A stretch of 63,694 nucleotides of DNA, the filler included, from Octopus bimaculoides (Eukaryota): assembly GCF_001194135.2 (NCBI RefSeq). It is 6 parts of 6 records of this genome, joined end to end, with 100 filler letters (N's around TTAATTAATTAA, not from the genome) between each part and the next. Parts side by side here need not be neighbours in the genome. Positions count along the whole stretch, not along the records: positions 37,183 to 55,144 come from NC_068984.1; positions 55,245 to 63,694 come from NC_068992.1; 4 more parts are not named here. One strand, 5' to 3'. Every line of letters starts with the position of its first letter. The stretch's first letter is position 1. The notes under the pieces were generated by a model. It was not told the origin of the DNA, did not search any database, and saw only the letters and a list, made by a program, of their open reading frames with translations. Below are positions 51,552 to 63,694 of the stretch, piece by piece. The translations under genes were made by a program, and so were the position numbers.

Positions 51552-53181
51552 CTGCAATAAACCATTGTACTTATTCAAATCAGGTTGACTTAGCCAGCTT
51601 CAGTTAAGTGTCTTAGAGACTATTACACCCGCTCATATGTGATAAGGTACAAGCCATTGACTCTCGAGCAGGTCAGTAGTTAGATTCTTGCTTCAGCCAA
51701 CTGTGTTTGTCTTTGGACTGTAAAACTGTAATTCAGATGCTTTGTGATATCAAGTTTGGTAACACACACTTCTAACATCAAGATCTGACTGTATCAATAA
51801 TAGGAATATTGCTATTAAAGAGGAATTGAATCATTTGGCTACCTCATTACTAGCTACTCAGATTTTATTTGAAGCCAGAAGAAATTACAACAAAGAATGC
51901 TTTGTAGTTGTTGATATGGAGCTGAGCCAAATATATTTTGTATATGTTACTGAAACATTCATTTCTTATGTTTAATTGCTTTTACAACGTGGGTAGTGTT
52001 ATTATTCTCTGGTTGGGATCCATACATAAACATTTGTATTGTTTCCTTTCCAAGTTAAGAAGCATCATCTTCAAATGACAGCTATTTTTAGAGAAATATG
52101 TATCATAAAACTAATGTAAACGTGTTGTTAACAATGGTGTCTGTGTCAATCAATTTCTTTAGAGCTTTTTTTTATTGTTATAAAATGTTGACATATTTTT
52201 CCAGGTTCACAATATTTAATTTGTACATATTTTTTGTTAAACTACCAAAACAAAATGTCTGTGTTATAAAAAACAATGTGAATGCAATACTTTTTTAAAG
52301 TATTTTATTTCTTATTTTATATTGAGTTCATTAGTGGAATAAATTTGGTGTTAAAAACCCAAAAATGTTATATCCCTTGTTTTCCAAATATAATGCATGT
52401 GACACAGACAAGCTTTTTTTTGGAAATAAGATACAGGAATGTAGACAGACAAACTTTATGCCTTGCACATCACACACACAGCACAGACACAAACACATAC
52501 ATATATGTATGTCTTTATTTATGTGTGTAAATATATATATATATATATATATANNNNNNNNNNNNNNNNNNNNNNNNNNNNNNNNNNNNNNNNNNNNNNN
52601 NNNNNNNNNNNNNNNNNNNNNNNNNNNNNNNNNNNNNNNNNNNNNNNNNNNNNNNNNNNNNNNNNNNNNNNNNNNNNNNNNNNNNNNNNNNNNNNNNNNN
52701 NNNNNNNNNNNNNNNNNNNNNNNNNNNNNNNNNNNNNNNNNNNNNNNNNNNNNNNNNNNNNNNNNNNNNNNNNNNNNNNNNNNNNNNNNNNNNNNNNNNN
52801 NNNNNNNNNNNNNNNNNNNNNNNNNNNNNNNNNNNNNNNNNNNNNNNNNNNNNNNNNNNNNNNNNNNNNNNNNNNNNNNNNNNNNNNNNNNNNNNNNNNN
52901 NNNNNNNNNNNNCACACATAAAGATATATATATGTATATATATGTATATAAAAGATAATAAGACTGAAAAAACTACAGAAGGCTTGTGTTACATGGTTAA
53001 AGTATATATTTAAATTATGTCAGAAAAATGTTTAAAAAATGTTAGAAAAATGTTAGAAAAATGTTAGAAAAATGTTATAAAATCTTTTTGGTATATAAAC
53101 ATTGTATTTTGAGAAATAACCGGTTTCGTGTTGTCTTTTCAAATTTCTCTACTTCATTGTGTCGTGTTCGTTCCATACATA

Positions 53182-53217
<36 letters not shown>

Positions 53218-53339
53218 TGTATGTATATATATCTATGTATATGTATACTTTGAATGAAATCGGTTATGTAGTTCTCGAGTTTTAGGAGTTCACAGACAGA
53301 CAGACATGCATTCTCAGTTTTATATATTAAGATATGTGT

Positions 53340-53446
<107 letters not shown>

Positions 53447-53595
53447 CGCACATGTATATATATATACATACATGCATATAAATACGACGATCACTGAAAT
53501 ATGTACATACGTTCGTCATCAGAAAAATCATACACCATCTACACCAACAACTACATGAGCATATACGCAAATTCTCTGAAATAATATTCAGCATC

Positions 53596-54915
53596 ATGTC
53601 AACCATTGAACATACAACCGAAGAACAACCGCAGCTATTGACCAATGCTACCACCATTGCGTTGACCAACAGAAGAAACGCCTCAAACTTAAATTCCACT
53701 GGCTTTGTACCAAATACCGACACAACTCGGCCGATTACACCAACAAAGATGAACAGGACACGTCCACAGAACGAGATAACACTAACACCGAGGACGCCAA
53801 CACACCATCAGCAACAAAATCCCTAGTCACAGACTTGAGTAGGTCACTCTCCCATGAAGAACTAGAACTTCTCAGCCTGGGCCCTAAATTTACCTTGAGC
53901 CAACAGCCGAATGAAAAAATCTTATTCGACCTGGAAGCCAAGTTTTGTCGAACAGGTCAAATGATTATCGGTAATAAAGTAGAACAACAACACACCCAGC
54001 AAATTCCCCACGTACCAATTAGACCACCCGCTCTATCCACCCCCAACCTAGAACTCAACCACAAACTATCCAGATTGAAACAGTCTGTCTCCAACATCTT
54101 AATGAAGGAATCGAAAATAACTCCAAACTTAACCAAGGCGCAACATAAAACACTGACAAAACTAAAAAACAAAAACCTTGTATACTTACCATCAGATAAA
54201 GGAAAAGAAATCTGCGTGATTTCTTGTGAAATATATGATAGACTGGTACAAGAACATTTAAGCAATGACAGACTATATTCTGAAGTGACCGATATAACTG
54301 CGACCAGGATTTAGGACCGAATTAACACCGCATGGACGGACATCTGTAGACGGAGACAAATACATAATAAATTCAAGAACAACTTCATCACAAAGAACAG
54401 TAGATTACCCAGATTTTATCACCTCATTAAAACACACAAGAATAGCAACACGATCCAGATTAGACCCATCGTCTCCAGCGTGGAAGGACCTCTATATAAA
54501 ATATCCTGGTTACTTTCTCACATCCTGAAACCCATACTCTCCACCTTTCCGGGACACGTCAAGAACTCCGACGAAGTCATCAAAAGACTGCACCAATTAC
54601 CCTTAGACCAACGGAGGATGTTTCATTTATGAGGACACATTCCTGTATTTGTCTGAGTGTTGGGTTCTTCGGGTGCTTGGTTAAAATGCGAATGCCAAAT
54701 CGATCTAGTATGCCTCCATGTTGGTCTTTGGCATGTTGGTAGAATATGGAGGACTGTTTTTTGTCGTCATATTGTCTCAAATCTTTATTCAATCTCTTCA
54801 CAGTGCTTCTAGATGTCTCACCAATGCATACATATCTTCCTGTCTTTACAAGCAACTCTATGCATCTTATGCTGCAGACTACATTTCTAGTTCTACAGTT
54901 AATGTCATGGTTAAT
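53596..54915. mobile_element. Penelope-like element: RT N-terminal half (+) joined to an inverted GIY-YIG endonuclease (-)
   Basis: Plus 53835-54625: LLSLGPKF, NLTKAQ..L..LK..LVYLPSDKG, PRFYHLIKTHK, IRPIVS. Minus 54915-54626: NCRTRNVV..I.C, YVCIGETSRS..RL, S....H...H, RQIQECVLI. Confidence 0.9.
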
Positions 54916-55247
54916 CTTACGTGTGTGTATGTGTGTGTATGTGTGTGTGTGCGTGCATGTATGTGCAGGCGTGACTGTGGTAAGTTTGGTAAGAAGTTAG
55001 CTTTTCAACCATATGTTTTGGGTTCAGTCCCATTGCGTGGCACATTGGGCAGTTACCTTCTACTATTGCTTCGGTCCAACCAAAGTCTTGTGAGTCGATT
55101 TGGTAGACGGAAACTGAGAGAAAACCGCCATATATATATATATANNNNNNNNNNNNNNNNNNNNNNNNNNNNNNNNNNNNNNNNNNNNTTAATTAATTAA
55201 NNNNNNNNNNNNNNNNNNNNNNNNNNNNNNNNNNNNNNNNNNNNATA

Positions 55248-55649
55248 TAAAAGAGGTGACGACTGAAATCCTTCAAGGGGATGTCAAACATCAAAGTCCA
55301 CCAGTACAGTCCACGTAAAGAATATATATAAAAATTATATAATCAGTATTTGCAAAAACAATAAACGAAGTATAGGGAAAGGAAAAATTGTATGTGCAGA
55401 CGAACTTTAATTCATAATACAGGTTGGTACAGAAACAATATATGTTCTAAATATTGTTTCGGAGTCTAATTAATTCCAATGACAAAAACAGAAAACTCTT
55501 CGTGAAATAAAAATTGGATTCTTTGTCCTGGTATGAATAATTACGACCAACAAAAATATACAAAGACCTTCCATAGCCCAGACAGGCTATGAATGGTCTG
55601 TGTATATGTTTGACATCCCCTTGAAGGACTTCAGTCGTCACCTCTTTTA
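55248..55649. mobile_element. MITE with 44-bp TIRs
   Basis: 55248-55291 matches the reverse complement of 55606-55649 at 43/44; TA-rich flanks. Confidence 0.75.
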
Positions 55650-56204
55650 CATATATACATATATTTATATATGTATAATAGCACACACACACACACACAC
55701 ACATACTCTCTTCTTTAATGCTATAAGGGTATCTCTTCTACCCTGCCATGAATGCATCAAGGTGTCTCTGTACTCTGACATCAATGTTACAAAGGTGTGT
55801 CTGTACCCTGTTGTCAACAATGGAATCCCAACGTCTTTGTACCATAAATCCAAACAGAGTGGCACAACAGTTCAACATCATCCATATGTTTAGGGCAAAC
55901 ATCTCTAAGTTGACCTTCAGAGGAAAACTATGGACACTGATGAAATCTCAGTGGGATACTGAAGTGGGAGTGGTGGTGGTGGGAAAATTAGAGAACAGGG
56001 TTCAGTTTTAGGCTTGTGATAAGGGTGGTGACATATTATAAGAGACCAGCTGAGAAAAGGGAAGTGGATACAATTGACGAGTTCATAGCATCAGAGAATA
56101 TTGCAGTAGTAAGAGAATATACTCAGTAAAGACAATATTGAATGACTGGAAGAGGCAGTGGGGGTGGGGGGTGGACAGCCAGTGTTCACATGTATGTAGA
56201 CAAG

Positions 56205-56590
56205 AGGTGTTGGCACTCCGTCGCTTAAAACGTCGAGGGTTCCAGTTTCTCCGATCAACGGAACAGCCTGCTCATGAAATTAACATGCAAGTGGCTGAGC
56301 ACTCCACAGACACGTGTACCGTTAACGTAGTTCTCGGGGATATTCAGTGTGACACAGTGTGACAAAGCTGACCCTTTGAATTACAGGCACAACAGGAACA
56401 GGAAGAAAGAGTGAGAGAAAGTTGTGGTGAAAGAGTACAGCAGGGTTCGCCACCATCCCCTGCCAGAGCCTCGTGGAGCTTTAGGTGTTTTCGCTCAATA
56501 AACACTCACAATGCCCGGTCTGGGAATCAAAACCGCGACCCTTTGACCGCAAGTCCACTGCCCTAACCACTGGACCATTGCACCTCCACT
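56205..56590 (-). mobile_element. SINE sharing the family C 3' body with a different middle segment
   Basis: 56205-56385 matches 48810-48985, while 56390-56500 differs from the CORE-like segment. Confidence 0.75.
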
Positions 56591-56963
56591 AGACAGGAGG
56601 CAGATAGGCATTAAAGAAGAAAGCAATAAAATTTACAGAAATATATTAAAAAAAAAGAATGTTGGGGTATAAATTGATTGATTGATAGGGTGGGTGGAAG
56701 GGGTTGACAAAAGTGATAGGAGTAACTTGTAGACACACAGACAAAATGAACAGCAACAAGAGAGAAACATTTCACAATATCAATCTATTGACAGATTTCT
56801 TAGTAAATGAGAGTAGCGTCCCTTGAACCATGAATTTTTTTTGTTTCATAGCCGTGAATCGTCAATGTTCGTCAGGTGTGTGTGTGCAGATCTGTGCGCG
56901 GGTATGAATCTAAATATTGTGTGCGTGTGTGTGTGTGCGTGTGCGTGCGTGTGTGTGTGTGTG

Positions 56964-57001
<38 letters not shown>

Positions 57002-59704
57002 CGCATATGCGCGTGTGTGTGTGTTTGTGTGTGTGCGTGTGTGTGTCTGTGTGTGTGTGTTTGTGTGTATGTGTGTGTGTCCGTCTGTCTGTGTGTGTGT
57101 GTGTGCGCGCACACACACACACACACACTATTAAACCTCTATATCTAGAGCTTACATCCAACCTATATAGGAATAGCATTTCATTCTGAGATCCGCATAC
57201 ATAAGAAAATTAATTTAAAGTGGATCGGGTGTTTAGTGCTTAATCAAACAAAAGGTTTTTTTTTTTTGCAAACATTTTGTGAGACACGTTATTTGCAGGT
57301 TCAATCCCTAACAGAACAATCCGTATGTAACAAGACATTTGATATAAATGAAATGTTTTTTGCCATAATCCACCATTGAACATTTCACCCTTATGCAATG
57401 CATCGCACTAGCATCAGTCCAGTAAAGAACTTCTTTCTCTAAGTTATACTGGCCACGGTTGGATTAACCCTAAAGTGCTTTCACTAATGATAAAAGTGAT
57501 TAGCAAACACAAATAAATACATCATGTAATTTAACATTTCTGTACTTACTTCGTACCAATTAGTAAACAAAGATATAAAATAAAGTTTAACAGCTTGGTA
57601 ACTTACATTCTTACTAATTAGCAGTGATACAGTATGCAGTTTAACACCTTTGTATCTTACCTCTCTACAATATGTAGGTTAATAGCTTGGTACCTTAGTT
57701 TTGTACTTAGTTTTGTACCAATTAATAAATACAAACACCATATGTAGTTTAATACTGTTGTATCTTATTGTAGAACCAATTAACAAACACATATATAACA
57801 TACCTTATCTCTGAACCCATTTATCAGAATGAGTCTAAAATTTTAGATTTTTAAAGTATTTAATTTACGTGTAGCAAAAGCATGTTCCTAGTTTGGCTCT
57901 TTACCTTTAGGTACCCACAGTTTGGCTCTCTATCTTTAAGAATCCACATTTTGGGTCATCATGTGATGATGACTCAACAGTCCTAGCTGTATGCAAGCTG
58001 TCCCCCCCCCCCCCATCACATGACAGACTAGCCAAGCATGCCACCATCAGCTATATAGGAAAAACTTTCCCCGCTATTTCCTCAGTGAGCTGGGTCGTCA
58101 CGAGCAAGGTTGGTTCTTCGATATGAGAGCAGTTTTATTCCGGTATGCATTACCAGCGAGGAGAGAATTGTCAGCGGAGACTCTTGTCACCATGTTTTGT
58201 GTACATTTTCATCTTCAAGAAGTATGAGAAACCAATGTATTTTAATCAACAGAATTATTCATGTTATACCAGTTTGCTGTATCTTCTATTACTGATGAAA
58301 TAAATGTGGCAGTCAACCTTAACTTGTGTCTTTGTATTTCTTGATGTTCTTTATTATGACTCATTTGAAATCAAAAGATTATATTACCAGAGCTTTGGCC
58401 ACATTCATCCTTTCCACAATGATAAATGTGTAATGACCGAAGGAACTACTAAAATCTTCCAAGGTCATTAAGTTGCTATGAGAAGCTTTCTTTTCAAGGA
58501 TTCTATTCGAAACAAATGAGCTCCAACAGTGTCCAGTCTTCAGTAAGTCATTAACTGTGTCCATAATCAACAGGTTCAGGACATTAAAGGAAGCGAAATG
58601 AATCACATCATTCAGTGAATTAAACCCATGTGCCAAGCAGAAACTCAGAACAAATATGTCGCTATGTTATAGCATTTACACTTTAGGTAAGGTGGGGTTC
58701 TGGGTTAGAAATGATGCATTTAAGTATTTATTGGGATATTAATTAGTCAGTGTCTCCCTAGATCATAATTATAATTAAGGGATAGCATTACATTCCAATT
58801 CAACTAGTACTAAATGAGACAAATCTGCCCAAGGATATGACACCTTTCTATCACAATACTTCTAAATGACTGTAGAAATAATTTGACATCCAGGTGAACT
58901 AAGGTAATCTACAATCACCTGTGCAGCAGAAATTTCTAAAGAAATACTAGTGATAGATTTGAACCAATGACTTATGAATTACCAGTCCAATGTGATATCA
59001 ACGTGACTGTTACAAATAAATACACTACACTACAGCGACTTAAGTGTAAATATAGGTATAGATGTTTCAATACCAGCATACGCCACAACAACCCAGTTGT
59101 TAATGGAGAGATGACTGTTTCAATACAGTTCATGCTACACATACCCAATTTAAACTATATCAGAGAGGTATATGAATGGGAGACGAAAAGATCCTGGTTT
59201 TGAGTAAAAGAAAATATAAGTGGATCAGTTAATTATAATTTAATTTCAGATTCACACACTTATTGCAGTGGCCTTTCAGTTTTACTAAGCCTTGTAAAAG
59301 ATTTTGGAAGGTTGAACCTCCAGCCAGGCCTTTTGCGATTCCCTTAAAGCTAGGAACTTTTCAGCACACCTTCATATATATATAACTTATTCAAAGCAAG
59401 TGGGACCATATTCATGACCTGTAAAAGTAGCTAGCCAACATTACAAGCACCCAAATAGAAATGTAGCAATAACAGTTTCAGTACCAGCATACATCACAGC
59501 TACCCAGTTGTAAATGTAACTGTGGCTGTATCAATACCAGCCTATACCACACCCAACTAGATGTAAATGTGACAGTTGTTTCAATATCACTCTAACCCAA
59601 AAGGATATATAACAATGAATGAAGACAGATAGAGCTGTATCTAACAAATGTATACAATACATAACATCAAATGTGGTTAAAGGAAGAGAAAAAAATTAGT
59701 TTAC

Positions 59705-59761
59705 CTTTGTTTTCCTTTTGCAAGCGTTCCAGTTCAGCAAACTTAGCATCTTCACTCCAGT
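59705..59761 (-). CDS. Coding exon (57 nt, phase 1-1) of an unidentified coiled-coil protein; (D)WSEDAKFAELERLQKENK
   Basis: Minus strand: acceptor tatttccag, donor AAAG|gtaaac, and an open frame giving a charged heptad-like peptide in non-repetitive sequence. A second frame is also open but looks less protein-like. Confidence 0.7.
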
Positions 59762-59780
59762 CTGGAAATACATTATTCAC

Positions 59781-59823
<43 letters not shown>

Positions 59824-60754
59824 CAGCAAATGAAAGACAGAAGATGGAATATACGAGAATTTATTATTAATCACAACAATTGTTTCGACACATCTAGCAT
59901 CAATTCCTCTTGGGTGGGGACACTCAACAACTGGTTCAGGAGCATCCATTTCACCTGTCTTCCACATACGACATCATGCTACCCATGTTGTGAGGATATA
60001 TGTGGACATGTGCACATTCTAAAACCCACATCTACCACTATCCTACCTCTCTCTCTCCCATCAAGATGCCTGTGTTTGAGGGATATTACTTGATTTGTCC
60101 ATAACCAACACAACCACTTATCTCACCTTCTACGTTGACAGTCTTCCCAGGCCATCTGTATTACATCCATAACTCTTACACTATCCTCCACCTTTAATAG
60201 CATTCAATCTCTCTCACACACTGGCAACATGCACAAGCTGCTATTCCAGTCTGTCCTCCATCACTTCTTCATTACACTCTTATCACACTGCTCTCCATGT
60301 CATAATACCATCCCCCCCCCCATACACACACACACACTTTTATAACTCTACCATTCACTCCTCTTTTTCATGCTGTCTTCAATGAACAGAAACGCTTCAG
60401 GTTTGACAAGGCTGTTCTTAACTCTTGCTGAGGACATGACATCTTGTCTGGTGAAGCTACTATGATAGAATACACCCAGTACATTCAGTGAAGTTGTTGC
60501 TGTTAGGGACAGAATCCAGCCACAAGAGCAAAGTATAGTCCTTGAACATGCCTGAGAGGGTAGGAACTCTAAATTAGTATTCAGAACTGAGACAACCCAT
60601 CCAACCCACACCAGCAAAGGAAGCATACATAAAATGATGATGACAATGACAACAGTGAAGACGATGGTGATGTGTGTGTGTGTGACCATCTGAACATATA
60701 TATAGAGACAGAGAGAGAGAGAAATATTAGCTAATAGCAAGTTGTTATTTATAA

Positions 60755-60971
60755 GGTGGCGGGTTAGCAGAATCGTTATCACACTGGGCAAAATGTTTAG
60801 TGGTAGTTCATCTGTCTTTATGTTCTGAGTTCAAATGCTACTGGGGTCAACTTAGCCTTTCATCCTCTTGGGGTTGATAAAATAAGCACCAGTTGAGGAC
60901 TGGGGTCAATGTAATCGACTTACCCTCACCCTTGATCTTGCTGGCCTTGTGCCAAACACTTTGAAACCAAT
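60755..60971 (+). mobile_element. SINE family A, diverged copy
   Basis: Same core motif as the 540 and 9145 copies. Confidence 0.8.
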
Positions 60972-63183
60972 ATGAAGTTGCTAATTAACCCCATGTTAAC
61001 TGTGATAAAGAATTCAATGGTCAACTGGTATTCCAGCCATGACCAGCTCAACTTTTATTCAAGTAGCATCTTGTAATCTCCATTATCTCATGTGTAACAG
61101 TAGTGTGTGATCTGAAGGTTATTTTGTTACACTAAAACACTGAGTGTTAGCTTAAAGGCTCAAGGCACATATTGTGTTGTAGTGAATCAGCAACTGACTT
61201 TTAATTATGGCACAAAATCTCACAGCCCTTCCCTCAACCACACCACCCAAGCATCATGTTTAAATCTAAGGAATCATGACGGTATAAGAAATCATTATGG
61301 TAAAAGCAAAAATTGGAACTTTATTACTTAAGATCAACGATATCAGAGTAAAGAGCTTTTAATTCCAATAAGATAATAGCTACTGCTACAACCATCCCAC
61401 TATTACTACTACTGCCACCATTACTGTGAGTACACTTGCTGTTTCATTGACTACATTAATGTGAAACAAAGACAGATTCTGGATGGTGAGGCTAGATGGC
61501 TCTTCTCTCTTGCAATAACTTCCTCTGATTAACTAATATCTCTGACCCAATCAGATTTTATTGATATTAAAAGAAAAGACTGGAAGACATTGCTGCATCT
61601 CAAAGTTAGGTGATAGAATTAGCTGAGAAGATGGTTAACTAGTAAATGTACTGTGCTACACTTCTAATTCAACTTTGAGTGTTCCATTCTAGCTGCAAGC
61701 ACCATTCTGTTGTATCTCTGAGCAAAACACTTTTCATTGAACATCAGTATTCTCAGTTATCTGGGATGGAACTAAAATGCACCAGCTTTAAAGAATATGT
61801 CTTCCCCGATAAATTACCTTCCAATACTTATCTCAACATCATCATCAAGAAATATATATATACACACACAGATACATAGACACTGAGATAGACTGACATA
61901 TACCCACACACATATATACACTTATTCCCAAACAAGGTACTATTTCCCAAGGACCAGATGTAGAAGACTGGAAATAAGCACTGTCACTTGCATTCCAGTG
62001 ATGCTCCTCATTTACAACCATCATGTGATGTTAAAGCAACGGGTACACAAACACAGATAGTAAAACAGTTACTCTCCAGCTTACATTGCCTTGTATAGAA
62101 AATGTGAAGGAAATGATTATTGATCAATAAAGTTTATTAAGCCTTATATCAAATGCACTTAGCCTTATATCAAAACTTTGAAGTAATCCTCATTACATGG
62201 CAAATGCTATACAACTCCAGTACAAAAGTAGCTTATGCTGCTTAGTATGTGATAATTGAACATGTGAATGAAAGAAAATGAAGACGCAGTTATGCACTGC
62301 ATGTTTCAGAATTATGGGGCAGTTTTAATGATGCATAATAGACCATGCATTTCTGAAACAGGTGTAAAGCATAAATACTTCTTCCATTCCTGTCATTCAC
62401 TTATAGTCACACACACACACACCACAACAAATTTCTTTCAGTTTCCATCTAACGAATCCACTCACAAGGCTTTGGTCAGTCTGGGGCTGTAGGAGAGAAC
62501 AATTGTGCAAGGTGCCACACAGTGGAACAGAATCAGAGACCACAGTCTTTTATATGAATGAGTGAACAAATGAAAGAAAAAGGTACTCAACACGTGTAGT
62601 AAGAATTACATGTATTATTTGAAACAGTTTGATTTGGTTCCACGCAATATAAAGTTTCTCAGGTCTCTAGAGACAAGTTTCTATTTGAGGCCTGTGGAAC
62701 TTTAAGTCACATGGAGCCGAATTAAATTGTTTTAAATAACATATATATATTTACACACACACACACACACACACACATGTATGCATACAATGCAATCAGT
62801 GACATATACATATTTATGTAAATACAGAAACACACAAAACACTATATTTCCTCAAGACAACCTTGCAATCTCAACATTTGTACAGAATTCAAGGCAAAGC
62901 TGGAGGAAACTCAATAACGACAACAACAACAACAACAACAACAACAAAAATAATGTTTAATTCAATAGTTATAGATTTGATTTTCACTGCAGGAAATGAT
63001 GTAAACTGACAGATTTCAAATTTGGTTTCCAAAATTCTCAGAGGTAATCTTCACAGTCATATAACAAACAAATTTACTGTCATTTCTAGACACAGAGTAT
63101 TCCATTCTACAGAATCTGTGTGTGTATGTGTATGTGAGAGTATGTGTGTGTGTGTGTGTGCGTGCGTGAACATATGCATACAA

Positions 63184-63214
<31 letters not shown>

Positions 63215-63694
63215 CACACACATTTATACACAAACACACACAATATATATATATATGTTACACATATACACACAGTAGAGGAAGGGATCAGGGCTAGTCT
63301 TTCTTTTTTAATAAAATTTGTGATATGACATCTCACTTTCAATGTGCATGTGTATGCGTGTATGTATGCACGTACACACAGATGTGCATGTGTATGAACG
63401 TGTGTGTGTGCATGTGTAGTGTGTGTGTGTGTGTGTATATAAATATATATATATATATATATACACATTCACACATATACATCTATGTTTGTATATATAG
63501 ATAAATGCCTACAAAAAGAAAGAGGGTATCATATCGCAAAATTCATTAAACACTCCACTCAGTCCCTAATTCTGTTCTTTATGAATCAGTGATGAAAAAA
63601 AGTCTTAATACTGTTAAATGTTAATATGATATAACAAATAAAAAACAGTTAAATTCAAAAATAAACGTCTCCATCAAATACAGTAAATTTGGCA

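Noticed and set aside
15032-52958. Long ORFs made of X residues
   Set aside because: They span N gaps and carry no sequence evidence.
57500-57800. Degenerate internal repetition (also 59060-59590)
   Set aside because: Units are too decayed to define reliably without computation; probably old minisatellites.
58388-58660. Minus-strand 85-codon ORF with donor CTG|gtaata between candidate exons
   Set aside because: Available acceptors give phase 2 in and phase 0 out, which is incompatible with the neighbouring exons. The pyrimidine tract is weak and there is no recognisable motif. Could be revisited with RNA-seq.
60348-60791. 147-aa minus-strand ORF with a ctctcag acceptor-like site
   Set aside because: It overlaps SINE family A, microsatellites and a degenerate family D repeat.

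Overview
Eukaryotic, AT-rich, repeat-dominated genomic DNA from a gappy draft assembly. The SINE families look like those I recall from octopus, so a cephalopod origin is an inference. There is no prokaryotic gene, rRNA, CRISPR array or convincing functional tRNA. Nearly all listed ORFs are microsatellite or N-gap artefacts. The main host feature is a minus-strand spliced gene for an unidentified coiled-coil protein. It has three well-supported exons (59705-59761, 22982-23179, 22128-22181) and two candidate micro-exons (51527-51551, 25467-25494) that join into one open frame over about 37.6 kb. Its introns and flanks hold decayed transposons: a Chapaev3-type element with intact TIRs and TSD carrying a solo LTR and probably sitting inside a Tc1 element, a second Chapaev3-type copy, mariner, hAT, Penelope-like, RTE and R4-type fragments, Helitron/Helentron-like non-autonomous elements, MITEs and several SINE families. 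The least explained structures are a fold-back array carrying a tRNA-like cloverleaf (47291-47910), an 80-bp-arm hairpin (33343-33528) and a coding-like island at about 8.2-10.2 kb. I found no clear evidence of a complete novel biological system; the findings are leads of moderate interest.
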